DNA from: a virus
Taxonomy: Duplodnaviria > Caudoviricetes
Length of the DNA: 55,522 nt
Virus record (IMG/VR): IMGVR_UViG_3300029258_003280
Location: 1 to 55,522 of that record
Reading direction: 5' to 3' (one strand)
The first letter of the stretch is position 1. Each line of letters starts with the position of its first letter. This document shows, in pieces, positions 37,414-46,916 of this stretch. Position numbers and translations under genes: made by a program. Under the pieces are notes generated by a model. That model did not search any database. It was not told where the DNA came from and was given only the letters and a program-made list of their open reading frames with translations.

Positions 37414-38010
37414 CTATTTGTATTTCCAGAGTGGCATTATAGTCCCGACCACCGGGCCCACGGATGTTTCTCCCTCTATCCGAAGAGAGGAGTTATAATC
37501 ATCCTTTGCGAGATTGTTTGCCAGATAAATATCGACCGTTTCAGAAGAGCTCATTTCCTTTATGGCTTTAAGTACCTTCATTAGCAGGTCTATTTTTACC
37601 TTTGTCGATTTACACCCTTCCTTAAGCTTGGGGTTTTGGTTTTTCTCCGTTATATCGACAACATCCGGCATGTCGCCATCTTGCATTATACGACAGGGAA
37701 TATAAAGCTTACATCCCGAGTCTTCCCGGGCCTCGACAACGCTTTTATTCTCAAGCTCGAAATCAACAAGGGGGTTTTCGAGGCTCTTTATTTTTAATGC
37801 GTCCTCTTTTTTTACAAGCACCCTCTCACCCTTGTTTAGCTTGTGGGGGTTTAGGATTAAAGCCACCTTCCCATCACTACCGGCCGCCGCGCCAGATGTG
37901 CTTAGTATCATTTCATGAATTTTGTATCTCGAAAGCGTCCTGTCTCCGCATACGGCGGCAACCTCAAAATAGATACCTTTTAACATTATTCCTCTCCATA
38001 CAATGAACAA
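37414..38010 (-). CDS. Degenerate beta-clamp-like protein
   Basis: SDG..AL, G.MPD, LL..V.KA and a terminal G.IMP pattern recalling DnaN fragments. Inferred. Confidence 0.4.
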   Translation of the reverse strand: MFIVWRGIMLKGIYFEVAAVCGDRTLSRYKIHEMILSTSGAAAGSDGKVALILNPHKLNKGERVLVKKEDALKIKSLENPLVDFELENKSVVEAREDSGCKLYIPCRIMQDGDMPDVVDITEKNQNPKLKEGCKSTKVKIDLLMKVLKAIKEMSSSETVDIYLANNLAKDDYNSSLRIEGETSVGPVVGTIMPLWKYK

Positions 38011-38918
38011 TTACAGACGGGCTTGTCGGGGTCGAGCTCGAAGTGGTTGTATATATCGAGAGTTTCCTTGCAAAAACCCACCCACCCCTCGTAGCCGCGC
38101 ATTCTCAAGGCCATCAACACCTTTTCATACATATTTTTTCTTTCCGCAAAAGGAAGTCTCATCTTAAAGGCCTTGCCGTTATACCCGCATTTATCGCTCT
38201 CGCTTGTGGCTTTCCTTAACCATTTATGGTAGCGCCAATTATAATTGAAACGTAGCGAGCCCAAGGTAATGCGCTCTGGCTTAACTTCGGCACATTTAAT
38301 TATCTCATCCTGAGAATCTACATTTTTGCCCGTAAGGTTTTCAGGGATAAGGGGGTCTATCCTCAGCCTTATTCTCCAACCCGACTCTGATAACATCTTC
38401 GCGGCCACAAGGCGGTCTATCACTTCCGGGGCGTTCATTTCGTACATCCCGGCGTTGGTAGATACGCTAAATGAGACTATTACGTTGCCGAGAGCCGGGT
38501 ATGGCCTTAAGGCTTCCACAACATTCTTACCGCCTTTAGTGACAAGCAATAATGTATGTTTCTTGATATTCTTGTCGTAGGCAAACATCTCAAAAAGCAC
38601 TTGTAGATACTTTATATCTATAAAACTATCCGCAAGCTCCCCGGCATTCAGTATCGCCGGTTCCCCGGTCTTTTCTCCCCACGCCGCCAACTCCTTTTTT
38701 ATGTCTTCGGTGTTGGTGAAGACGTTTGGTATCGGCTTGCTGGTGCCTTTTATCAGGGTGTTGCGCATGGTATGTTTAAGATAGCAGTAAGCGCAATCAT
38801 AAAGACACCCGTTGGCGTGGGCGAGAATATAAAAATGAGGGCAAACGACACCCTTCGGGGTCGAGTCGAACTTCTTAATAAACGGTGAATGCCTTATTCT
38901 ATACACTATCTGGGCCAT
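37986..38918 (-). CDS. Radical SAM protein, spore photoproduct lyase-like
   Basis: GCLYDCAYCYL (CxxxCxxC), GELADS, LVTK, RIDPLIP and ITLGSLR. Confidence 0.85.
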   Translation of the reverse strand: MAQIVYRIRHSPFIKKFDSTPKGVVCPHFYILAHANGCLYDCAYCYLKHTMRNTLIKGTSKPIPNVFTNTEDIKKELAAWGEKTGEPAILNAGELADSFIDIKYLQVLFEMFAYDKNIKKHTLLLVTKGGKNVVEALRPYPALGNVIVSFSVSTNAGMYEMNAPEVIDRLVAAKMLSESGWRIRLRIDPLIPENLTGKNVDSQDEIIKCAEVKPERITLGSLRFNYNWRYHKWLRKATSESDKCGYNGKAFKMRLPFAERKNMYEKVLMALRMRGYEGWVGFCKETLDIYNHFELDPDKPVCNCSLYGEE

Positions 38919-39219
38919 CGGTTTCCTCTTTTTTGGTTTCCTGTATTTCCGGTTTTTTGGCCAGTCCCTTATATATAAGCCAATCCTCGATGTCGAAGAA
39001 ATGCTTACAGGTGTTGTCTGTGCATATAAACATTAGAGCGGGGTTTACGGGCTCACTCACCTCCACAGAGGATGATTCTCTAACAGGAAGCCCGTAATAG
39101 AAGGCTTTTATTCCCATAAGCAAATCTTGATTCCCGCATTTGGGACACCCGATAACCTGAGCCCCCACCAACATACCTTCAGAGGGTGTATCATTCTCTG
39201 TCTTTTTTCTTGGTTCCAC
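38899..39219 (-). CDS. Zinc-ribbon hypothetical protein
   Basis: CPKCG and C....C. Confidence 0.55.
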   Translation of the reverse strand: MEPRKKTENDTPSEGMLVGAQVIGCPKCGNQDLLMGIKAFYYGLPVRESSSVEVSEPVNPALMFICTDNTCKHFFDIEDWLIYKGLAKKPEIQETKKEETDGPDSV

Positions 39220-39453
39220 GTCTCCCTCTCCTTGCTAAAAAGCCTACAAGATTATATACCAATGTTGACAACCGGCAGCGCTTCTTGTCCGGTATCCAAA
39301 ACCAGCATGTCTCATTCTGAACACAATTTACTATGTTCATGAGATTAGCTATAGGGCATAATTTCTCTTTGTCGGGAGTCATCTCCACATCCTTTCTCTT
39401 AAAATGTTCCTTACTCCGAGCTCTCCCCCGGCGTCTGGTTTCCCCTTGGGTCA

Positions 39454-39831
39454 TTATTTCCCCTCTTTTGCTATATTTTCGAGGATATTAAAGATTCCCC
39501 ATTTTTTTGCCGTCTTATACAGGCCGGTAAGTTTTTGTAATGTTTCAGGGGATAACAAGCTTTTGGTTTTTTGGTAACCATCGGCTATATTCACCCTGGC
39601 AGTTTCGACCGCCGAAACGAGCTCGGTAAGAGCATCTATCGTCTTAATAGTTTTTTCTGTCACCCGGCGAGTCGCGTTAATTTGTTCCTTGGTTTTATTT
39701 ATATAGGTCTCTCCGTCCGGGCCCAGAAACTTCTCGATAAACTCATTTACATCCATCTTTCGCCTCCAAAAATACAATAGAATTTTCAGCTTGATTCGGC
39801 CATACTTGTTAATAATTTTATTTAATATCAT
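39454..39831 (-). CDS. Hypothetical protein
   Basis: Likely start at the internal MDVNEF after GGAGG. Confidence 0.55.
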   Translation of the reverse strand: MILNKIINKYGRIKLKILLYFWRRKMDVNEFIEKFLGPDGETYINKTKEQINATRRVTEKTIKTIDALTELVSAVETARVNIADGYQKTKSLLSPETLQKLTGLYKTAKKWGIFNILENIAKEGK

Positions 39832-42734
39832 TTTGGTTTTTCGTCTTTTTCCTCCTTTTTCTCTTTTTCGTTTGCGGTATTAGCGGGGTTAGATGTGTCA
39901 AGTGCAGGCCCTAATTTAATTTCGGGGGTTTCCCTACTTACCTGCTCTTCTGAAATATCGTTTGCGGTATTAGCGGTATTAGCGGTATTAGATGTGTTAG
40001 ATGTAAGTGGTTTGTTTTTTTCTAACTCCGGTTTTTTAGGTGTTTTTGCGGAGTTAGCGGTATTAGCGGGGTTATTTCCCGCAGCATCCGCCATAAATAT
40101 TTTCTTACTCTCACCATCGAATAAGAAATTCTCCCCATGTATGGCATAGCAACCATTATACCGCAAATACCGCAGATGGTCATCATCTACTATATCTGGG
40201 GGGGATAAAGGGTTTTTAGCACTATCCGTTGGCGGGGTTTTCTGATTTGATAATACCGCACCTGTCTCAGATAATACCGCTAATACCGCAGAATCCCCAT
40301 CAACCTCTTCAAGGCTCCAAAGCTTCTTTTTAAGATGGTCATCGGTAGAATAGTGGAGTTTTAAGTTGTTGAATATCTTACCACTCATACTTGATAATCG
40401 GCGGCCCAGAGAGCGCTTTAGACTCCCCTCTCCTTTTTCCTTTACAGATAATAATACATCAGGAAGGGTTTCTGCAATATCCGTACCATCCGTCATTATT
40501 TGAGAGCAGATTTCGGCAGTACTAACACCCGAGCTTCCCCATGTTTGATACCACGCATTAAAGAATGCCTGCCATTGTAAACCCTCATCATCTTGTAGGT
40601 CTCTAAGGGCGCCTTGGTTGCTTAGGAAACCTTTTATCCCGGCATGTTGGAGTACCCCGCCTATAATTTCACTCCATTCTATAAAACTACCCACGACCGG
40701 AATATCTTTCGGCGGCGGTTTACCGGCCGCATACCATGAACGGATAACTATAAAGGCGGCGCGAAGCAACTTAATGCGGTTTTCTCTCACATACCTCTCA
40801 AGGTTAGGATGTATAAATGAATCAGGACTTCTTTCCCAAGGACGCTCAAGATTACTATCAAGCCTTACAGTATAACACCTTCGAGGCATATCCCCTGTGA
40901 CTTTAATGTTATTACCCGTAGCCACCCATGAAATATTAACCTTGTAGGTTGGGTTATTGGTCTGTCCGAGTATTCGCCCGGCATAGTTACCAGAGGTTAT
41001 GATTGCGGCCAGAGGGGCGCTATCGAGCACTTCCTTCTCGGAAATATTGTCGAATAAAACGGCCGGGCTCCCCTGATGTAATATAGAAAGTAGGAGTTTT
41101 CGCCATTCCTCTTCGGCATAGCGTCCGTGAGGAGCGGACTGGCTCGAAAGTTCATCGCCGAGCGCTATAACGCTTAGGTTCTTTACAAGCTTTCCCTTGC
41201 CGGTACCTTGGGTTGGCGCATCCACAAGACAAAGAGGGACATAACCATCTATAACATTTCTCATTAACATAGTAAACAAGAAGGCCATAATATTAGCCGG
41301 GCCAGCCTTGTCCGCAAATGGGAAGTCGGCTATTACGTCAAGAAGAAGAGCCCTTGAATTTAAGAGCTCTTCTTCCGAGGGGCTTTCGGGGATTTCAGGC
41401 ATGCGAAAATCATCGGAAGGCGAATAATACATTGCGGTGTATTCATCATAGCCGGGCTCGGTGCATATAGAGCCGTCATCGCGCAAGATTGGAGCCCCTG
41501 TAACGCCGCGGAGCGGAGGAAAGGGCCAGTCCCCCAGAGTTAAAATTGCCTCTACCACATCATCGGGGGGTTTTTTGTAATGTTCTTCATCGTTACTTGC
41601 AAGCCATACATACCTGGCGCATTCGGACAACCTAAATCGAAGATTAGACTTTACCCAAGAATCGATTGTTATATTATCATTATCATCACGCAAAACCCTT
41701 ACGAGGCCGTTTCCTCTTGTAAAAATTGTTGGTGGGTCATTCTTTTTAACAAGAGCATCGAGCGATTGCCTAACCAGAGAGTCCACTATATGATTGTTGA
41801 CGTATATTTCAGGTAGGTCATATTTTTTACTCGGGTCTTTGGGTTTATATTTCTTTTTTGTTTCAAGGAGCTCCAGCATGGCTTTTCGTTTGTCTTTTTG
41901 GTAGCGCAGCTTATTGTCGAGGTCGGTTTTCCCGGCAGGAACATAATACACTTCACATTGGGTGTTAAGAAGCATTTCTCCTATATCGGTGAGCCATTTT
42001 CTTCCGGCTGCATCCGGGTCTGGAAATAAAATAACCTTACGAGATGCAACCATCGCAGTAAGTGAGGCCTCGCCTATCTGCCCGGGATTAACCCCCGCCG
42101 TACCTATAACATTATTAAAACCCGTTGACAGGGCGGCCAGCGCATCAGCCTCTCCCTCGACTATAAAAAGAGGGTCGTCTTCGGTGATGCCGGTTTTGGG
42201 GTAAAACAGGCCGTGCTTGTTGTTGCGCGGGGTATAGCTTTTTACGGGCTTGCCGTACCATTTAAATGATTTATTATTCCCCTTGCGTCTTTTAACACCG
42301 ACAATCGTTCCGGAGTCATCGCGCATTGGTATGCTTACATAGTCCTTTTCGTTTTCACAGCCGAGCAAATCAAAGGCGTGTACGCTCCAACCACGCAGGT
42401 TTGCAAGCATGTTAATTGGGGCAATCGGTTTAACATTCTTCTCATCGGGCGCGGCCATCCCGAACTCAGAGCGCAGCCAGTATGCGGCGTCCTTGGCCTC
42501 CAAGTCCTTTACCTGCATCACGAGGCCGAGGTTGTCCTTGGCTATATTGCATTTGAAACACTTGACGAGGTTTTTCTTGCCGCCGACCTCGCAGGCAGGA
42601 TTGGTGTCGTCATGTTCATGGTGGGTAAACGGGCATTTAATCCAGAGCTTGCCGCCGCGCTCTGTTGTTTCGAGCCCGAGAGCCTCAACGACTTTCTTAA
42701 CGGGTATAGAAAGTATGTTGTTTGTAAAATTCAA
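39828..42734 (-). CDS. Primase-helicase (CHC2-type zinc finger, TOPRIM, P-loop NTPase)
   Basis: CPF..H.D..P...C..C; IVEGEADAL and FPDPDAAG; Walker A GTGKGK, VLFDN and ATGNN. The TTG start is uncertain. Confidence 0.88.
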   Translation of the reverse strand: MNFTNNILSIPVKKVVEALGLETTERGGKLWIKCPFTHHEHDDTNPACEVGGKKNLVKCFKCNIAKDNLGLVMQVKDLEAKDAAYWLRSEFGMAAPDEKNVKPIAPINMLANLRGWSVHAFDLLGCENEKDYVSIPMRDDSGTIVGVKRRKGNNKSFKWYGKPVKSYTPRNNKHGLFYPKTGITEDDPLFIVEGEADALAALSTGFNNVIGTAGVNPGQIGEASLTAMVASRKVILFPDPDAAGRKWLTDIGEMLLNTQCEVYYVPAGKTDLDNKLRYQKDKRKAMLELLETKKKYKPKDPSKKYDLPEIYVNNHIVDSLVRQSLDALVKKNDPPTIFTRGNGLVRVLRDDNDNITIDSWVKSNLRFRLSECARYVWLASNDEEHYKKPPDDVVEAILTLGDWPFPPLRGVTGAPILRDDGSICTEPGYDEYTAMYYSPSDDFRMPEIPESPSEEELLNSRALLLDVIADFPFADKAGPANIMAFLFTMLMRNVIDGYVPLCLVDAPTQGTGKGKLVKNLSVIALGDELSSQSAPHGRYAEEEWRKLLLSILHQGSPAVLFDNISEKEVLDSAPLAAIITSGNYAGRILGQTNNPTYKVNISWVATGNNIKVTGDMPRRCYTVRLDSNLERPWERSPDSFIHPNLERYVRENRIKLLRAAFIVIRSWYAAGKPPPKDIPVVGSFIEWSEIIGGVLQHAGIKGFLSNQGALRDLQDDEGLQWQAFFNAWYQTWGSSGVSTAEICSQIMTDGTDIAETLPDVLLSVKEKGEGSLKRSLGRRLSSMSGKIFNNLKLHYSTDDHLKKKLWSLEEVDGDSAVLAVLSETGAVLSNQKTPPTDSAKNPLSPPDIVDDDHLRYLRYNGCYAIHGENFLFDGESKKIFMADAAGNNPANTANSAKTPKKPELEKNKPLTSNTSNTANTANTANDISEEQVSRETPEIKLGPALDTSNPANTANEKEKKEEKDEKPK
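39872..40290. repeat. Oppositely oriented iteron clusters (GCGGTATTA / TAATACCGC); putative replication origin
   Basis: GCGGTATTA at 39874, 39964, 39973, 39982 and 40057; TAATACCGC at 40251, 40272 and 40281; partial copies near 40160. Confidence 0.7.
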
Positions 42735-42754
42735 AGCAGCCCTCTACGAAGAGA

Positions 42755-42970
42755 CTAACCCCTCGCGTCGGAAACCAATATTTCATTGATTTCCACATTA
42801 AGCAGGTTTGAAATGACGACAAGGCGGCGCAAAGTAGGAGTGCGCTTGCCTTGGACGTAGAAATACAGGGTGCGCCTATTTACGCCGATGGCCTCGGCAA
42901 ACTCAGCCATCGTGTAACCGCTCAGTTTTATAGCTTTACGCAGCACCTTGCCGTCAATTAAACGCTTCAT
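42755..42970 (-). CDS. XRE/Cro-family HTH regulator
   Basis: G.T..EFAEAIGV.R.TL..Y..G.R.P....L..I...L.V. Confidence 0.88.
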   Translation of the reverse strand: MKRLIDGKVLRKAIKLSGYTMAEFAEAIGVNRRTLYFYVQGKRTPTLRRLVVISNLLNVEINEILVSDARG

Positions 42971-42982
42971 GTTGCCCCCGCC

Positions 42983-43369
42983 TTATTCGGGCTCCTCGGG
43001 TTTCGGCTCGGCCTCGCCTTCCTCTTTTTTTGTCACAGGCTCTTCCGGGGATGATTTTGCCTCCTCCTCTTTTTTTGCCTTTCTGAGGCCCACTTCGGCA
43101 TGTCTCATAACTTTACGGTATTTCATGCTCAGCGGGATAGCGGCCTTATAGACATCTATAAGGTCTTGGAGCTTTACGGCATCCTCTTCATCCGACTGCT
43201 CCTGTAGTTCGGCTATCGAGTCCGCCTGAGCCATGAAAAAATCGGGCGGGATGGTCGCTATCAATGAGGCCGCCTGCTTAAACTGCCCGTCGTATTGAAT
43301 CTCGGGGGCCAACTCTATCAGTTTGCCCGTTATCAAAGCATCGATATCAATGCCATTTTCACCATTCAT
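42983..43369 (-). CDS. Acidic hypothetical protein
   Basis: GGAGG RBS. Confidence 0.6.
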   Translation of the reverse strand: MNGENGIDIDALITGKLIELAPEIQYDGQFKQAASLIATIPPDFFMAQADSIAELQEQSDEEDAVKLQDLIDVYKAAIPLSMKYRKVMRHAEVGLRKAKKEEEAKSSPEEPVTKKEEGEAEPKPEEPE

Positions 43370-43467
43370 ATCCTACCTCCAAAACCGTTAAAGGGATGAA
43401 AAACTTTCCTTCGCGCCCTAAACCTAACAAAACCCCGGCGGCGTTTCAAGTCTATACACTTGTAATG

Positions 43468-43797
43468 TCAAAAAAAATCCTTTTTTGCCGCCCATTTCTT
43501 TAAGGTATCCGTTATCTGCTCATTGTCGCCGACGATACGTTTCAGCGCCGTCCCGTTGTCCATTATTAGCAATGTCGGCACGGAATACACGTCATGAAAC
43601 GCAGCGGCCGCAAGGCCGTCAACCGTCCCGGAACAAAAAACCCACAACAGGCTCTCCCCCCGGGGAACTGTCTGGGGGCGGATGGTGAGACTTTCCGCCT
43701 GGTCTTCATGAAAAATCCCCGCGCTAACGAGCTCGGAGATGACCTTCTCGCACTTCGGGCAATCGGGCCCGGTAAACAGGTATAAACTGTCGGGCAT
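43468..43797 (-). CDS. Thioredoxin/glutaredoxin-fold protein
   Basis: FT.P.CPKC and V.SVPTL motifs. Confidence 0.8.
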   Translation of the reverse strand: MPDSLYLFTGPDCPKCEKVISELVSAGIFHEDQAESLTIRPQTVPRGESLLWVFCSGTVDGLAAAAFHDVYSVPTLLIMDNGTALKRIVGDNEQITDTLKKWAAKKDFF

Positions 43798-43840
43798 AAA
43801 CTTTCCTTCCTACGGGCTATCGCCCGAATTGAAACGAAAT

Positions 43841-43864
43841 GCCCGGCGAGAGCCTCGCCGGGCC
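43841..43864 (-). terminator. Hairpin terminator
   Basis: GCCCGGCGAG / CTCGCCGGGC stem followed by a moderately T-rich run on the minus strand. Confidence 0.5.
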
Positions 43865-43871
43865 GTCCTCC

Positions 43872-44531
43872 TTAATTTTCTATTATAGCATCGAGACCGA
43901 ACTTCTTTGGCTTGGAGCTCTTCAAGGGTTTTGTAAAGCGCTCATCATTGTCCGGGACTGACATTATGTCTATCCCCTGCTCTTCGTACTCCCTGACTTT
44001 CTCTTCGGTTATGGCCGATTCGGTCATTACCTTTAAGAGCTTGTTGGGACGACAAAGCATTATTATCCCGGGCTTTTGAACAAGCTTTTTCTTCTCCTCG
44101 CTAAACTCCCTCACCGCTTTTTTATGGGCGAGAAAAAGCCATGTTTTACCCACCTTGAAAAAGTTAGGCAGGGCATTGATACGCTTCGAGACTCCCATTT
44201 CGATTGCTTCCTTGTTGAAGCTCTCGGGGGAATAATACTTGTCGCCTACCCACATCAATGCCGCCGGGTCTTCGCTCGGCTGGCATGCCGGGCAGGGTCT
44301 TAAGGACTTCGGGTCTTTGCAGTCTTTATGCTCCCCGAAGAGCTTAAGGGCGTTTAACTTCTGGATTCCCCCGCTGAAACGGATGGTCTCGCCGCAAGTC
44401 GGACATACCGGTATAGTGAATGGGAGCCTGTCGCAAACTACTGGCACTCCCGCCGAAACCAGATAGAGCCCGTTTACTTGCGGGTATCCGCAGCCGCGCT
44501 TTTCTCCGCCGAACTTAACTACAGCCATCAT
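43872..44531 (-). CDS. Cys-rich hypothetical protein
   Basis: KRGCG, CPTCG, CPAC and L.WVG..YY.P..F..EA...GVSKR; AAGGAG RBS. Confidence 0.65.
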   Translation of the reverse strand: MMAVVKFGGEKRGCGYPQVNGLYLVSAGVPVVCDRLPFTIPVCPTCGETIRFSGGIQKLNALKLFGEHKDCKDPKSLRPCPACQPSEDPAALMWVGDKYYSPESFNKEAIEMGVSKRINALPNFFKVGKTWLFLAHKKAVREFSEEKKKLVQKPGIIMLCRPNKLLKVMTESAITEEKVREYEEQGIDIMSVPDNDERFTKPLKSSKPKKFGLDAIIEN

Positions 44532-44749
44532 TTCTCCTTTCGAGGCCGGGTGCCCCCGGCCTCTCTTTCGCAAATATGCCGATGACTACACATCGGACAG
44601 AAATTGTTCTCTACATATTTTTGGCCGTAAGTACTGCAACAATAATCATGAAGCCTTCCTTCCCGTATGGCCTTTTCGGTCTGGAATTGAACGATTCTGG
44701 CCGGGGACAGCTTCGATATGGTTTGTTTCATACTACCCTCATTTCGCAA
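44528..44749 (-). CDS. Small Cys-rich hypothetical protein
   Basis: C...YG......C..C.....C. Confidence 0.5.
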   Translation of the reverse strand: MRNEGSMKQTISKLSPARIVQFQTEKAIREGRLHDYCCSTYGQKYVENNFCPMCSHRHICEREAGGTRPRKEK

Positions 44750-45155
44750 GAAAGTTTAATGCGCTTTGTTTCCTTCCTCGTTTGGGCGGTACAGGCTTCC
44801 CTTCGCGGACGGCCTCTTCCACCTTTTCTCGATAGGCTTTTTGCGCCTGTTTCTCTTTCGCCTTGCGCTCGGCCTCTGCTTTTTCTTGGGCTTTACGCTT
44901 TATCATTTTTGTAACCCGAAGCCTTTCGGCCCGGGTCTTGGCTATTTGCTCATCGAGGGGGTTGATGAAATTATCCGAGTGAAGCTTTTTAAGGGCTTCA
45001 TCATATTGCTGCTGGCATTCCCGTATCTCCGCCTTCGCGCTTTTAACTTCTTCCTTCGTCCATGTTTTCTTGAAATTCTGCAATTCCCATTTCAAGTGTT
45101 TAATGAACTTGCCAAAGGCTTCAATACCACGCCTATAGAGCTTGCGGTATTCCAT
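44739..45155 (-). CDS. Basic coiled-coil early protein
   Basis: AAAGGAG RBS directly after a boxA-like element. Confidence 0.65.
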   Translation of the reverse strand: MEYRKLYRRGIEAFGKFIKHLKWELQNFKKTWTKEEVKSAKAEIRECQQQYDEALKKLHSDNFINPLDEQIAKTRAERLRVTKMIKRKAQEKAEAERKAKEKQAQKAYREKVEEAVREGKPVPPKRGRKQSALNFLAK

Positions 45156-45171
45156 CGCATCTCCTTTCAAA

Positions 45172-45183
45172 TTGTCAAAGAAC
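45172..45183 (-). promoter_or_regulatory. boxA-like element
   Basis: Minus strand GTTCTTTGACAA. Confidence 0.55.
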
Positions 45184-45326
45184 GGAAAGGTATAAGGCCC
45201 TTATCTCTTCGCCCTCGGGGACTAAGGCAGGGGTAGTGAAGTGGTTTAAGTGGATGCCCGCCTCGGCGCTCTAAGGGCGAAGAGTAAAAGTCTTATTCCG
45301 GTATTGAGCCAGCAAGGCTAAAGAGA

Positions 45327-45536
45327 CTAATCGCCAGATAGTTTTTCTTCTCCGCATCGTAATGTTCGCGGTAAGAAACAATCCTCTTCGGCGGCTTCCA
45401 TGGTGCCGTATCGAGCCATGCCGCCTATGTCATGGGCGACATTCATAAGGACTTCTCCGAAGTCTCTTCGCGCCTCTATCGACTCCACGATATAGGCCGC
45501 AATACCGAGTAATACCATCGCTTCCTTGCGAGTCAT
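45327..45536 (-). CDS. Hypothetical early protein
   Basis: AAAGGAG RBS. Confidence 0.55.
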   Translation of the reverse strand: MTRKEAMVLLGIAAYIVESIEARRDFGEVLMNVAHDIGGMARYGTMEAAEEDCFLPRTLRCGEEKLSGD

Positions 45537-45554
45537 ATTACTCTCCTTTCCTAA

Positions 45555-45567
45555 TTATCAAAGAACA
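45555..45567 (-). promoter_or_regulatory. boxA-like element
   Basis: Minus strand TGTTCTTTGATAA. Confidence 0.5.
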
Positions 45568-45619
45568 AGGCTAAGGCCACTATCACATCCCACTCTCCCA
45601 AGTGGGATGAGTAGTAGTC

Positions 45620-45802
45620 TTATTTTTTGAAGCCGCTCGCCTGCAAAAACATGTCTTCGTCAAACCGACTGTTATCATTCTTGAACATCCTGATAAAGTC
45701 TTTTTCGATTCGGCGAATTACTACGCTTTTGCTATGCTTGCGAGCTTCTTTCAAGATACTCGCGACATCTGCATAGTGTCGCTTCGCGTACCTACTGGAC
45801 AT
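45620..45802 (-). CDS. Small phage early protein
   Basis: HY..VA.IL...F..DN.RFD...FL.A motif. Confidence 0.6.
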   Translation of the reverse strand: MSSRYAKRHYADVASILKEARKHSKSVVIRRIEKDFIRMFKNDNSRFDEDMFLQASGFKK

Positions 45803-45826
45803 GATTGCATCCCTTCGCTAACTAAC

Positions 45827-45860
45827 AAAAAAGGACAGGCCCTAACCCTGTCCCCTTTTG
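45827..45860 (-). terminator. Intrinsic terminator
   Basis: GGACAGG / CCTGTCC stem with a TTTTTT run on the minus strand. Confidence 0.6.
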
Positions 45861-45875
45861 CCGTAACGCCTCGCG

Positions 45876-46337
45876 TTACTTTTTCGTGGACGACTTGGAC
45901 TTTTTTGGCGAGCTCTTTTTGGCCTTGGCTTTCTTTCCTTTGGCCTTGGAGCTTTTCTTGGCCTTTGTCGGCTTTGACTCTTCCGACTTCTTCTCGGGCT
46001 TTTTTGCCGTCTTGTCGGGGGACTTTTCGGCTTTTACCGGAGCGGCCCATCCAAGCACGTCATCCCACTTTACCTTGCCACTCTTGAGCCCGTCCATCAA
46101 GCAATTACAAGCATGCTGAACGGCCCAATTTTTTCCGGCGTAGATGGGCGTCCCATCGTCTTTTTTCCCCACCGGCAAGGCTCCAAGGTACTCCCGGGCC
46201 TCGTGGCATTTCTTCATGTAAGCTATCTTCTCGGGCGTTGGCTTGCTATCAAGCTTGACCTGATTGGTACAAACCGGATTCACCCCGAGCGGATGCGTAC
46301 TGTCCGGATTGCTATGCTGTTTGTTATCTACTGTCAT
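45876..46337 (-). CDS. First early protein with a Lys/Ser/Ala-rich histone-H1-like tail
   Basis: Start at MTVDNK after AAGGGG; tail KAKKSSKAKGKKAKAKKSSPKK. Confidence 0.6.
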   Translation of the reverse strand: MTVDNKQHSNPDSTHPLGVNPVCTNQVKLDSKPTPEKIAYMKKCHEAREYLGALPVGKKDDGTPIYAGKNWAVQHACNCLMDGLKSGKVKWDDVLGWAAPVKAEKSPDKTAKKPEKKSEESKPTKAKKSSKAKGKKAKAKKSSPKKSKSSTKK

Positions 46338-46407
46338 GGTCGTACCCCTTTCTATTGAGTAACATGATAGCAGACGGTTAGGGCGCCTGCATAGCCATCC
46401 TGCCTTG

Positions 46408-46470
46408 TTGTCAAAGAGCCACTTCACATCGTGTGTACCAAAGTGTACCATAAGGCCACATTCAAATCAA
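46408..46470 (-). promoter_or_regulatory. Leftward early promoter followed by a boxA-like element
   Basis: Minus strand TTGATT(46470-46465), 17-nt spacer, TACACT(46447-46442) with an extended TG and an upstream T tract; GCTCTTTGACAA at 46419-46408. Confidence 0.65.
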
Positions 46471-46746
46471 TAAAAAAATAAAAAAATCTGTCCTCTTGTT
46501 TGTAACCTGTTGAGATATAAGGACTTATGACTACAAAAATATTGATGGGAAAAGAGGCTCGATTGATATTTTATCTTCATCGAGGCTTTCATTTAATCCC
46601 TAACTCTTTGCTCCCCAAGGGTTTACGCTCCGATGTGGCCTTCCACTCGATTATGCACCAATACATTCCCGGATGCGCTAAGCATTAACCGATTTACTCT
46701 AAAATAGCGCATAAATTGTTTTTGTATAGTCCGGAAATATTTTCTC

Positions 46747-46775
46747 TTGACTATACCTCATTAGCATTGTAACTT
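46747..46775 (+). promoter_or_regulatory. Possible rightward promoter
   Basis: TTGACT, 17-nt spacer, TAACTT in the AT-rich divergent control region. Confidence 0.4.
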
Positions 46776-46916
46776 CCATCGTGAAGAAAAGATACTTGCT
46801 TATGGGAATCGACTATTGAAATTCCTGATTAAAACCATGCAAAAAACCCGGAAAACCTACTTAAATCCCACGAGAAAAGTCTATTTTACCACATAAGCCT
46901 TTGTAAGGAGGAAGCA

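Noticed and set aside
45184-45326. tRNA or other known structured RNA in this intergenic gap
   Set aside because: I could not build a cloverleaf or recognise a known RNA motif by eye; an Infernal search would be needed.
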